Positions 9,960 through 17,619 of a stretch of 32,000 nucleotides of DNA are shown in pieces. The DNA comes from Mycolicibacterium smegmatis (GTDB lineage: Bacteria > Actinomycetota > Actinomycetes > Mycobacteriales > Mycobacteriaceae): contig NZ_LN831039.1 of assembly GCF_001457595.1 (NCBI RefSeq), positions 1,650,001 to 1,682,000 of the forward strand, read 5' to 3'. Position numbers and translations under genes: made by a program. Below the pieces are notes generated by a model. The model made no database searches and was not told where the DNA came from. It saw only the letters and a program-made list of their open reading frames with translations. Each line of letters begins with the position of its first letter. Position 1 is the stretch's first letter.

Positions 9960-10990
9960 GCATCCCCATGAACACCACCACCCCCGTGAGCCTCGTCGAC
10001 GTTTCGACCTACCTTCCCGGTGAACCGATCGGCGCCGAGTACTACGCGCAGTTCGCCGAGACCGACGACCTGCGGGACAACCTGATGTTCCGCGCACCGC
10101 GGTTCCGGCACCACGTCGCGCCCGACGAGACCGCCACCGACATGATCGAGCGCGCCGCGGCCGGACTGATCGAACGCCACGGCGCCGACACGGTGCAGGG
10201 TGCCGACGTGCTGATCACCCACACGCAGATGCCCGACATGCCGTTCTACGGCGGCGGCGGCGGCATCGCGCACCGCCTCGGCATGAAACCGAACTGGGTG
10301 ATCGACCTGCACAACGGAGGCTGCGCGGCGTTTGTCCTCGGCATGAAAGTGGCCCGTACGCTGCTGGCCTCGGGCGAAGGCCACACCGCGGTCATCGCGG
10401 TGGCGCAGAACGCCGCGGGCCAGATCTTCGACCAGGAGACCATCCGCCGCAAGGCCCAGGCGTCGGTGCCCGGCGACGGCGCGGCCGTCGGCCTGGTGAC
10501 GGTGTCGGACGCCTCACCGATCCTGGACGTCGAGTGCCGCACCTACGGCGAGTACGCCGGTGACATGACCATCGCGTCGGATCCGCCACGCAAGTGGTGG
10601 CAGCCCGGACCGGGGGAGGGCTACATCGGGTTCACGGAAAGCAAGATCACCAAGGTGCTGGCCCGCGGCAACCGGCAGGTGCCCGAGGTGTCGTATGCCG
10701 TGTGCGACCGGATCGGCATCCACCCCAGGGACATCGACCTGTTCGTCACCAACCAGCCCAACCGGGTGTTCCTGCGCAACTGGCGCGAGGCCCTTGAGTT
10801 GCCTGCCGAACGCCACGTCGACACATTCGACACGTGCGGCAACCTCTTCGGCGCGGGCATCCCGATCAACTTCGACCGCGCGGTCACCGACGGGCGCGTG
10901 AAGGCCGGTGACACGGTGCTGATGGCGGCGTTCGCGCACGCAGGGGACTTCGCCGGCGCGGCCGCGGTGCGCTGGGGAGGCCGGGACTGA
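9956..10990 (+). CDS. 3-oxoacyl-ACP synthase III (KAS III/FabH)-like protein
   Basis: 344 aa; Cys motif DLHNGGCAAFVLGM, C-terminal DLFVTNQPNR and DTCGNLFGAGIPINFDRAVTDGRVKAGDTVLMAAF align with FabH PHQAN and GNTSAASVP regions; ATGA overlap with upstream ORF. Confidence 0.85.
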   Translation: MSIPMNTTTPVSLVDVSTYLPGEPIGAEYYAQFAETDDLRDNLMFRAPRFRHHVAPDETATDMIERAAAGLIERHGADTVQGADVLITHTQMPDMPFYGGGGGIAHRLGMKPNWVIDLHNGGCAAFVLGMKVARTLLASGEGHTAVIAVAQNAAGQIFDQETIRRKAQASVPGDGAAVGLVTVSDASPILDVECRTYGEYAGDMTIASDPPRKWWQPGPGEGYIGFTESKITKVLARGNRQVPEVSYAVCDRIGIHPRDIDLFVTNQPNRVFLRNWREALELPAERHVDTFDTCGNLFGAGIPINFDRAVTDGRVKAGDTVLMAAFAHAGDFAGAAAVRWGGRD

Positions 10991-12024
10991 TGGCCGCCCC
11001 GCGTGGCGCCCTGGTGGAGGCGGTCGACGCGCTTCCCCCGGCGGTCAACCCACTGGCGTTGTCACTCAACGAGTTTCCGTATCCGCCGCTACCCGCGGTG
11101 AAGGCCGCGCTGAGCGCCGCGGTGGATGCGGCCAACCGCTATCCGGAGTTCCTTCCCGAACGGTTGCGGTCGCTGATCGCCGGCCGGGTAGGCGTCGACG
11201 AAAGGCAGGTGATCATCGGCGTCGGCGCGACCGGCGTCATCATGCAGGTGCTGCACGCGGTCACCAGCCCCGGTGACACCATGGTGATGTCGGCGCCCAC
11301 GTTCGACGGGTACCCGATCTTCGCGCAGATGGCCCGGCTGCGGTCGGTGACCGTCGACCTGGACGTGTACGGCCACCACAATCTGCACGCGATGGCCGAC
11401 GCCGCGCGCGATGCCCGGGTGGTGGTGGTGTGCCGTCCGCACAACCCCACCGGCACGATCGAACCCGCCGAGGACATCGAGCGGTTCCTGGAGAGCATCC
11501 CCGAGGACACCGTGGTGCTGCTCGACGAGGCATATGCCGAATTCCTCGGCCCCGCCAACCGGATCGACGGGCCGCGGCTGGTCGAACGGTTCCGCAATGT
11601 CGTGGTGGTGCGCACGTTCTCGAAGGCCTACGGTCTGGCCGGCCTGCGGATCGGCTACGGCTTCTGCGCACCGCAACTGGCGCGTCAACTGTGGACCATG
11701 CAGTTGCCGTTCGGGATCGGGCTTCCCGCACTGGTCGCGGTCGCGGCATCTTATGACGCCGAAGGCCAGCTGCGGCAACGCATCCGGATGATCTCCGCCG
11801 AGCGCCGGTTCCTGCAGATGCGGCTGCGCTCGATGGGCGTGTACAGCACCGACGGGCAGGCCAACTTCGTGTACCTGCCCGCGACGGGCGTGCCGTGGCA
11901 CGACGTGTTCGACGATGCGGGGCTCAAGGTGCGGCACTATGCCGACGGCGGCGTGCGCATCACCGTGGGCACCAGGGAATCCACGCGTGAGGTGCTGCGC
12001 GCAACGCGCCTGGCTTTGCGGTGA
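10990..12024 (+). CDS. PLP-dependent aminotransferase, fold type I (HisC/aromatic aminotransferase-like)
   Basis: 344 aa; CRPHNPTGT, VVLLDEAYAEF, VRTFSKAYGLAGLRIGYG (PLP Lys); 1-nt TGATG overlap with the KAS III ORF. Confidence 0.88.
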   Translation: MAAPRGALVEAVDALPPAVNPLALSLNEFPYPPLPAVKAALSAAVDAANRYPEFLPERLRSLIAGRVGVDERQVIIGVGATGVIMQVLHAVTSPGDTMVMSAPTFDGYPIFAQMARLRSVTVDLDVYGHHNLHAMADAARDARVVVVCRPHNPTGTIEPAEDIERFLESIPEDTVVLLDEAYAEFLGPANRIDGPRLVERFRNVVVVRTFSKAYGLAGLRIGYGFCAPQLARQLWTMQLPFGIGLPALVAVAASYDAEGQLRQRIRMISAERRFLQMRLRSMGVYSTDGQANFVYLPATGVPWHDVFDDAGLKVRHYADGGVRITVGTRESTREVLRATRLALR

Positions 12025-12059
12025 GTTCCGTGCCGCACAGAGATGCGGTATGAAGAGGC

Positions 12060-12581
12060 GTGCCCTCGTCACCGGACAGCTTCGACCACGCCGACCACAC
12101 GGATCCCATCGCCCTGGCACGCGCCAACTGGGAGGCGGCCGGGTGGGGTGACGTGGCCGACGGCATGGTGGCGGTGACCTCGGTCATGCGGGCCCACCAG
12201 ATCCTGCTGGCCCGCGTCGAGAACGCACTGCGGCCCTACGATCTGAGCTTCTCGCGGTTCGAACTGCTGCGCCTGCTGGCCTTCAGCCGGTCCGGGGCCC
12301 TGCCCATCACCAAGGCGTCGGACCGGCTGCAGGTGCACGTCACCAGCGTCACGCACGCCATCCGGCGGCTGGAGGCCGCAGGCCTGGTGGAACGCGTCCC
12401 GCACCCCACCGACGGCCGCACCACGCTGGTGCGGATCACCGACCTGGGGCGTTCGACCGTCGAGGACGCGACCGTGACGCTCAACAAGCAGGTGTTCGCC
12501 GATGTGGGGATGTCCGACGAGGAGTCGCGCGCGCTCGCGGCGTCGATCGAGACGTTGCGCCGCAATTCGGGTGACTTCTGA
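12060..12581 (+). CDS. MarR family transcriptional regulator
   Basis: 173 aa; YDLSFSRFELLRLLAFSRSGALPITKASDRLQVHVTSVTHAIRRLEAAGLVERVPHPTDGRTTLVRITDLG winged helix. Confidence 0.88.
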   Translation: MPSSPDSFDHADHTDPIALARANWEAAGWGDVADGMVAVTSVMRAHQILLARVENALRPYDLSFSRFELLRLLAFSRSGALPITKASDRLQVHVTSVTHAIRRLEAAGLVERVPHPTDGRTTLVRITDLGRSTVEDATVTLNKQVFADVGMSDEESRALAASIETLRRNSGDF

Positions 12582-12608
12582 GAGTTCCGAGAATTTCCCG
12601 AAAATGAC

Positions 12609-12636
12609 GTGAACGCCGCTCGCGGGGCGTGTTCAC
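12609..12636. terminator. Hairpin between convergent genes, candidate bidirectional terminator
   Basis: GTGAACGCC-gctcgcgg-GGCGTgTTCAC (one bulged base), between the MarR stop (12581) and overlapping the histidine kinase stop (12633-12635). Confidence 0.45.
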
Positions 12637-13874
12637 GGCAGTTTCGTCGAGTTCGGCGCGGGCTCGTGCGAGGGCAGCGGGATGGTCGCGGTGACCGCGG
12701 TGCCCGCGCCGGGCCGTGAGCGGATGTTGAGCCGCCCGCCCACGATCTCGGCGCGTTCGGCCATCGACAGCAGGCCGTACCCGCTCATCTCGTCACTGCC
12801 GAGCGGATGTTCGAATGTGTCGAAACCGATTCCGTCATCGACGATTTCGAGTCTCGCGATACCGTCCTCGACCGCGAAGGTCAGACGCGCGGTGGTGGCG
12901 CGGGCATGCTTGACGACGTTCTGCAGGCATTCCTGCGCGATGCGGTAGAGCGCGAGCTCGATGTGGTCGGGCACGCGGGTATCGGCCAGGTCGACGTCGA
13001 GGTCGACCTGGGGGATCGACCTGGCCAGGCTCGCCAGCCCGCCCGAGAGGCCGAGGTCGTCGAGCACCGGCGGGCGCAGCCCGCTGATCGCGGCGCGCGC
13101 CTCCTGCAGCGTCAGGTCCGCGAGTTCGCGGGCCTTGCCCAGCTGTTCGGCCACGGCCCGCGGGTCGTCGGCCGCGCGGGCCGCGGCGTCGAGCCGGTAG
13201 GACAGCGTCACGAGCCGCTGTGAGATGCCGTCGTGGATGTCGGCCGCGAGCCTGCGCCGCTCGAGTTCCTGTGCCTCGATGACCTGCTCGACGAAGTTCT
13301 CGTGCGCGCGTTCGCGGGCCACGAGTTGCCGGTGCAGACGGGCCTGGTGCAACGCTCCGGCGATGAGCCTGCCGATCACCACGAGCAATTCCACATCACG
13401 CGGCGTGAACTCGCGTCGCCGCACGGTGTGCACGTTGAGCACGCCGACCAACCCGCCCGGCTCGGCCTCCATCGGCACCGACACCATCGACGTGAAATCC
13501 CGCCCGCGCAGCGACTCGAACGGCATGTAGCGGGGATCGGCCTCCTTGTCGTGGCTGATCACCACGGGCTCGCAATGATCGGCGACCCATCCGGAGATGC
13601 CCTGCCCGATGGGCAGCCGGATCTTGCCGACCTCGCTGTCGAACGGCGGTGTGGCCCCGGCCAACGTCAGCGACCGGTCGGAATCGTCGAGCACGTGCAC
13701 GAAGCACACGTCGGTGCCGGTCGCCGCGGTGATCATGCGCGCCGCGGCCGCGGCGAGCGGTTCCACCCCCGGCCCGCTGGACGCGGCCTGGATGAGCTCG
13801 CGCAGCAACGCCAGCTCGCGGTCGGCGTCGACGAGGTCGCGCACGGGTTTCACGGCGCGTTTCGCGGCGTTCAC
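12633..13874 (-). CDS. GAF-domain sensor histidine kinase (NarL-type, HisKA_3)
   Basis: 413 aa; GAF region VCFVHVLDDSDRSLTLAGATPPF...GWVADHCEPVV; ERRRLAADIHDGISQRLVTLSYRLD phosphoacceptor His; EIVDDGIGFD..GYGLLSMAERAEIVGG ATPase motifs. Confidence 0.92.
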   Translation of the reverse strand: MNAAKRAVKPVRDLVDADRELALLRELIQAASSGPGVEPLAAAAARMITAATGTDVCFVHVLDDSDRSLTLAGATPPFDSEVGKIRLPIGQGISGWVADHCEPVVISHDKEADPRYMPFESLRGRDFTSMVSVPMEAEPGGLVGVLNVHTVRRREFTPRDVELLVVIGRLIAGALHQARLHRQLVARERAHENFVEQVIEAQELERRRLAADIHDGISQRLVTLSYRLDAAARAADDPRAVAEQLGKARELADLTLQEARAAISGLRPPVLDDLGLSGGLASLARSIPQVDLDVDLADTRVPDHIELALYRIAQECLQNVVKHARATTARLTFAVEDGIARLEIVDDGIGFDTFEHPLGSDEMSGYGLLSMAERAEIVGGRLNIRSRPGAGTAVTATIPLPSHEPAPNSTKLP

Positions 13875-14533
13875 TGGTAGATGCCTTCACGCAGCGCCGT
13901 GGCCACCGCGCCCGCGCGGTCGCTCACACCCAGCTTGCGGTAGATCGAGCGCAGGTGGGTCTTCACGGTCTCCTCGCCGATCACGAGCTTGTTGGCGATG
14001 CCGCGGTTGGACAGCCCCGCCACCACGAACGACAGGATCTCGCTCTCGCGCTGCGTGAGCCCCTGCCGTGCGCCCGGCCAGAACTCGTCACGCTGAAGGC
14101 GCGCCGCGGTACCTGCGGCTCTGGCCGCCATGACCGGGTCGATCGCGGTCTCGCCGCTGTGCGCGAACTCCAACTGGTGCACCAGATCGTCGCTGCTGAT
14201 GCTCTTGAGCAGGTAACCCGCCGCGCCCACCCGCAGCGCCTGGAACAGGTACTGCTCGTCGTCGTAGACCGACAGCATCACGACCTTGCGTTCCGGATTG
14301 CGTTCGAGCAGCGTCTGGCACAGGTCCAGGCCGCTGACACCCTGCATCCGGACGTCGCACAAGACGATGTCGGGGTCGAGTTCCTCGACCACGCTGACGG
14401 CCTTCTCGGCGCCGACGGCCTGCCCGACCACCAGCACGCGGTCGGAGAACGCGGCGAGCATGGCCTTGAGCCCCTCGATGACCATCTCGTGGTCGTCGAC
14501 CAGCACAAGGCGCACCGGGCTGGAGGGCGCCAT
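13871..14533 (-). CDS. NarL/LuxR-type response regulator
   Basis: 220 aa from ATG 14533; receiver VRLVLVDDHEMVIEGLKAML..PDIVLCDVRMQGVSG, LuxR HTH LTQRESEILSFVVAGLSNRGIANKLVIGEETVKTHLRSIYRKLGV; 4-nt overlap with the kinase. Confidence 0.94.
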   Translation of the reverse strand: MAPSSPVRLVLVDDHEMVIEGLKAMLAAFSDRVLVVGQAVGAEKAVSVVEELDPDIVLCDVRMQGVSGLDLCQTLLERNPERKVVMLSVYDDEQYLFQALRVGAAGYLLKSISSDDLVHQLEFAHSGETAIDPVMAARAAGTAARLQRDEFWPGARQGLTQRESEILSFVVAGLSNRGIANKLVIGEETVKTHLRSIYRKLGVSDRAGAVATALREGIYQ

Positions 14534-14631
14534 GGCAACACGATAGATGTGCGGGAACCGTCGGTGGCTCAACTCCCGCGCGCAATTCGCCTGCCGAATC
14601 CCCCGTAGGGGGGACGCGGGAACGCTGTGAC

Positions 14632-15456
14632 ATGCGCCACTCTGACGGTGTGTCCCCTGTACAGGAGAAAGCATGGCGTGCCGGCAGGTTCTGGTGGGAC
14701 TGTACGCAGTCGGCTGACCCCGGTGCGCATCCGCTGCGAGCACTGATCCTCGATCTCGACGCGATGTCGGATCTCGACCTCGACGGGCACCGCGTCGTGT
14801 TCAACGCGGCGTTCGCCGCGCACGGCCTGGAACTCACATGGTCACCCGCGCGCTACCGGCAGCTGCTGGCGCTGCACGACGAACGCCAGCGCGTCGGCGC
14901 CGAGCTGCGCAAACGCTGCGTCGGACCCGAGTGCGACGTACTGGTGGAACTGCTGGCCGACGAGATCTGCGCGACCAAGGACATGATCTTCGACGAGATG
15001 ATCCTGGACCTGGGGCCCTCGCCGCGGGCGGGCCTGGTCGACCTCGTGATGGACGCGTTCGCCGACGGGGTTCCGGTGGGCGTGGTCTCGGGCGGCAGGC
15101 GGCGCTGGGTCGAACCGCTCGTGCGTCAGTTGGTGGGCGACGGACTCGTCGACACCATCGTGACCGGTGACGACGTGAGCGACACCGCCGCACGCGGGGA
15201 GGCCTACCGCCACGCACTGTGGGAACTCGGCGTCGCGCCGCACGAGGCACTCGGCATCGCGGGGTCCGGCGCTGCCCTGCGCGCAGCCAACGCCACCGGG
15301 CTGGGCACTGTGCTCGTGGGCGCCGACACCGATGGAGCGGGCCGGCCCGCCATCGCGGTGCGCGCGGACTACGCGTGTGCCGACGGCCTGCGCCTGACCA
15401 CGTGCCGACGGCTGCTCGGTCAGTGGTGGGCCCAGCACAGCCCGTCCGCGGCCTGA
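14632..15456 (+). CDS. HAD-superfamily (CbbY/phosphoglycomutase-like) protein with degenerate motifs
   Basis: LRALILDLDAMSDLDLDGHRVVFNAAFAAHGLELTW...GVVSGGRRRW...VTGDDVSDTAARGEAYRHALWELGVAPHEALGIAGSGAALRAA. Start uncertain: 14632 is the only in-frame ATG upstream of motif I. Confidence 0.65.
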   Translation: MRHSDGVSPVQEKAWRAGRFWWDCTQSADPGAHPLRALILDLDAMSDLDLDGHRVVFNAAFAAHGLELTWSPARYRQLLALHDERQRVGAELRKRCVGPECDVLVELLADEICATKDMIFDEMILDLGPSPRAGLVDLVMDAFADGVPVGVVSGGRRRWVEPLVRQLVGDGLVDTIVTGDDVSDTAARGEAYRHALWELGVAPHEALGIAGSGAALRAANATGLGTVLVGADTDGAGRPAIAVRADYACADGLRLTTCRRLLGQWWAQHSPSAA

Positions 15457-15484
15457 AACCCGCCCAGATCTCTCCGACGCAGCG

Positions 15485-15517
15485 CTGAGGGGCAGATCCG
15501 CGGGATCTGCCCCTCAG
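15485..15517. terminator. Bidirectional hairpin terminator between convergent genes
   Basis: CTGAGGGGCAGATCC-gcg-GGATCTGCCCCTCAG, perfect 15-bp stem, 3-nt loop, between stops at 15456 and 15537. Confidence 0.8.
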
Positions 15518-15536
15518 TGCAACTCGTGCGTCCGGA

Positions 15537-16409
15537 CTAGCCGCGCAGCAGTTCGATGACCGCGCTGAAGTCCTTGTCCGCGTGCTCTTCGTTGAACTTG
15601 GCGTAGATCTCGGCGGCGTGGCTGCCGAGCGGTGCGCTGGCACCGGTCGACGACACCGCCGCCATCGCCAGGCCCAGATCCTTGTTCATCAGCGACGTCG
15701 CGAAGCCCGGCTTGAAATCGTTGTTGGCCGGTGACGTCGGCACCGGACCGGGAACCGGGCAGTTGGTGTGCACCGACCAGCAGTTGCCGGTGGCGCCGGT
15801 GATCACGTCGAACAGCGACTGCGCGGACAGACCCAGCTTTTCGGCGAGCACGAACGCCTCACCGATCGCGATCTGCTGCACCGCCAGCACCATGTTGTTG
15901 CACAACTTGGCCGCCTGCCCGGTACCGGACCCGCCGCAGTGAATGATCTTGCCCGCCATGGGATCGAGGATCGGACGTGCGCGCTCCACGGCGTCGTCCT
16001 CACCGCCCACCATGAACGCGAGCGTGCCCGCGGTGGCACCCTTCACGCCGCCGGAGACCGGCGCGTCGAGTTGGGCGTGGCCCTTCTCGAGGGCCTGTGT
16101 GTGGACCGTGCGGGCGTCGTCGACCGAGATGGTCGAGGTGTCGATGAACAGCGTGCCCGTCGGCGCCGCGGGCAGGACCTCGGCGTAGCAGGACTTCACG
16201 ATGTCGCCGTTGGGCAACGACGTGATGACCACCTCGGCTTCGGACGCGGCCTCGGCACCGGTGCCGAACACCTTGATGCCCTTGGCCTCCGCGGCCTCCC
16301 TGGAGGCGGGCATCGGGTCGAAACCCCGCACGGTGTGGCCCGCGGCGGCGAGGTTGGCCGCCATCGGGCCGCCCATGTGGCCCAATCCCAGGAACGCAAT
16401 GGTCGCCAT
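15537..16409 (-). CDS. mmsB: 3-hydroxyisobutyrate dehydrogenase
   Basis: 290 aa from ATG 16409; IAFLGLGHMGGPMAANL, DAPVSGGVKGATAGTLAFMVGG, GSGTGQAAKLCNNMVLA, NKDLGLA. Confidence 0.93.
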   Translation of the reverse strand: MATIAFLGLGHMGGPMAANLAAAGHTVRGFDPMPASREAAEAKGIKVFGTGAEAASEAEVVITSLPNGDIVKSCYAEVLPAAPTGTLFIDTSTISVDDARTVHTQALEKGHAQLDAPVSGGVKGATAGTLAFMVGGEDDAVERARPILDPMAGKIIHCGGSGTGQAAKLCNNMVLAVQQIAIGEAFVLAEKLGLSAQSLFDVITGATGNCWSVHTNCPVPGPVPTSPANNDFKPGFATSLMNKDLGLAMAAVSSTGASAPLGSHAAEIYAKFNEEHADKDFSAVIELLRG

Positions 16410-16425
16410 CTGATCTCCTGTCCTG

Positions 16426-17613
16426 CTACGCCGTGGCGCGTGGCCGGGCCGCATCTGCCTGATTGCGGGCTGCGCCCGCGACAGAACGACCGATGACCAC
16501 ACGCATGATTTCGTTGGTTCCTTCAAGGATGCGATGTACCCGGAGATCTCGGACGATTTTCTCCAGGCCGTACTCGCGCAGGTAGCCGTAACCGCCGTGC
16601 AACTGCAGCGCCGAGTCGGCGACGTCGAAGCACGTGTCGGTGACGTAGCGCTTGGCCATCGCGCACAGCGTGACCTTGTCGGGATGGTTGGCATCGAGTG
16701 CCGATGCCGCGCGCCACAAAAGGTTTCGCGATGTCTCCAACCCGGTCGCCATGTCGGCAAGGGTGAACCGGATGGTGGGCTCGTCGAGCAGCGCCGCGCC
16801 GAACGCCTGCCGGTCGGCCAGGTACCCCACGGCCTTGTCGTAGGCCGCCTGGGCACCGCCCAGCGAGCACGCCGCGATGTTGATGCGACCGCCGTTGAGC
16901 CCGTTCATCGCGATACCGAAGCCCGTGCCCTCGGTGTTGCCGAGCAACGCCTCGGCGGGCACCCGCACGCCCTCGAAGATCACCTGGGCGGTGGGCTGGG
17001 CGTTCCAGCCCATCTTCTGCTCGTCGGCTCCGAAACTGAGCCCCGGCGTGTCCTTCTCGACGATGAACGTCGAGATGCCGCGCGGCCCTTCGCCTCCCGT
17101 GCGGGCCATCACCACGTACAGATCCGAGGTGCCCGCTCCCGAGATGAACTGCTTGACGCCGTCGAGGACGTAGTGATCGCCGTCTTTGACCGCGCGGGTG
17201 CGCAGCGCCGCGGCGTCGGACCCGGCGCCCGGTTCGGTGAGGCAGTAGCTGGCGATGGTCTCCATCGACGCCAGCCTGGGCACCCACGTCTTGCGCTGGT
17301 CCTCGGTGCCGTACGTGTCGACCATCCACGCGCACATGTTGTGGATCGACAGGAACGCCGCGAGGGTGGGATCGGCCGCCGACAGCGCCTCGAAGATGCG
17401 CACGGCGTCGAGCCGCCGCAACTCCGAGCCGCCGACGTCCTCACGGCAGTAGATCGCACCCATGCCGAGTTCGGCCGCCTCGCGCAGCACGTCGGTGGGG
17501 AAGTGGTGTTTGTCGTCCCACTCCAACGCGTAAGGCGCGATGCGTTTTTCGGCGAACGCGGCCGCCGTCTCGACGATCACGCGTTCGTCGTCGTCCAGAT
17601 CGCTCAGGTACAC
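16426..17613 (-). CDS. Acyl-CoA dehydrogenase (probable isobutyryl-CoA dehydrogenase)
   Basis: 395 aa; YCLTEPGAGSDAAALRT, GTGFGIAMNGLNGGRINIAACSLGGAQAAYD, LQLHGGYGYLREYGLEKIVRDLRVHRILEGTNEIMRVVIGR; between mmsA and mmsB. Confidence 0.92.
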   Translation of the reverse strand: MYLSDLDDDERVIVETAAAFAEKRIAPYALEWDDKHHFPTDVLREAAELGMGAIYCREDVGGSELRRLDAVRIFEALSAADPTLAAFLSIHNMCAWMVDTYGTEDQRKTWVPRLASMETIASYCLTEPGAGSDAAALRTRAVKDGDHYVLDGVKQFISGAGTSDLYVVMARTGGEGPRGISTFIVEKDTPGLSFGADEQKMGWNAQPTAQVIFEGVRVPAEALLGNTEGTGFGIAMNGLNGGRINIAACSLGGAQAAYDKAVGYLADRQAFGAALLDEPTIRFTLADMATGLETSRNLLWRAASALDANHPDKVTLCAMAKRYVTDTCFDVADSALQLHGGYGYLREYGLEKIVRDLRVHRILEGTNEIMRVVIGRSVAGAARNQADAARPRATA

Positions 17614-17619
17614 GTGTTG

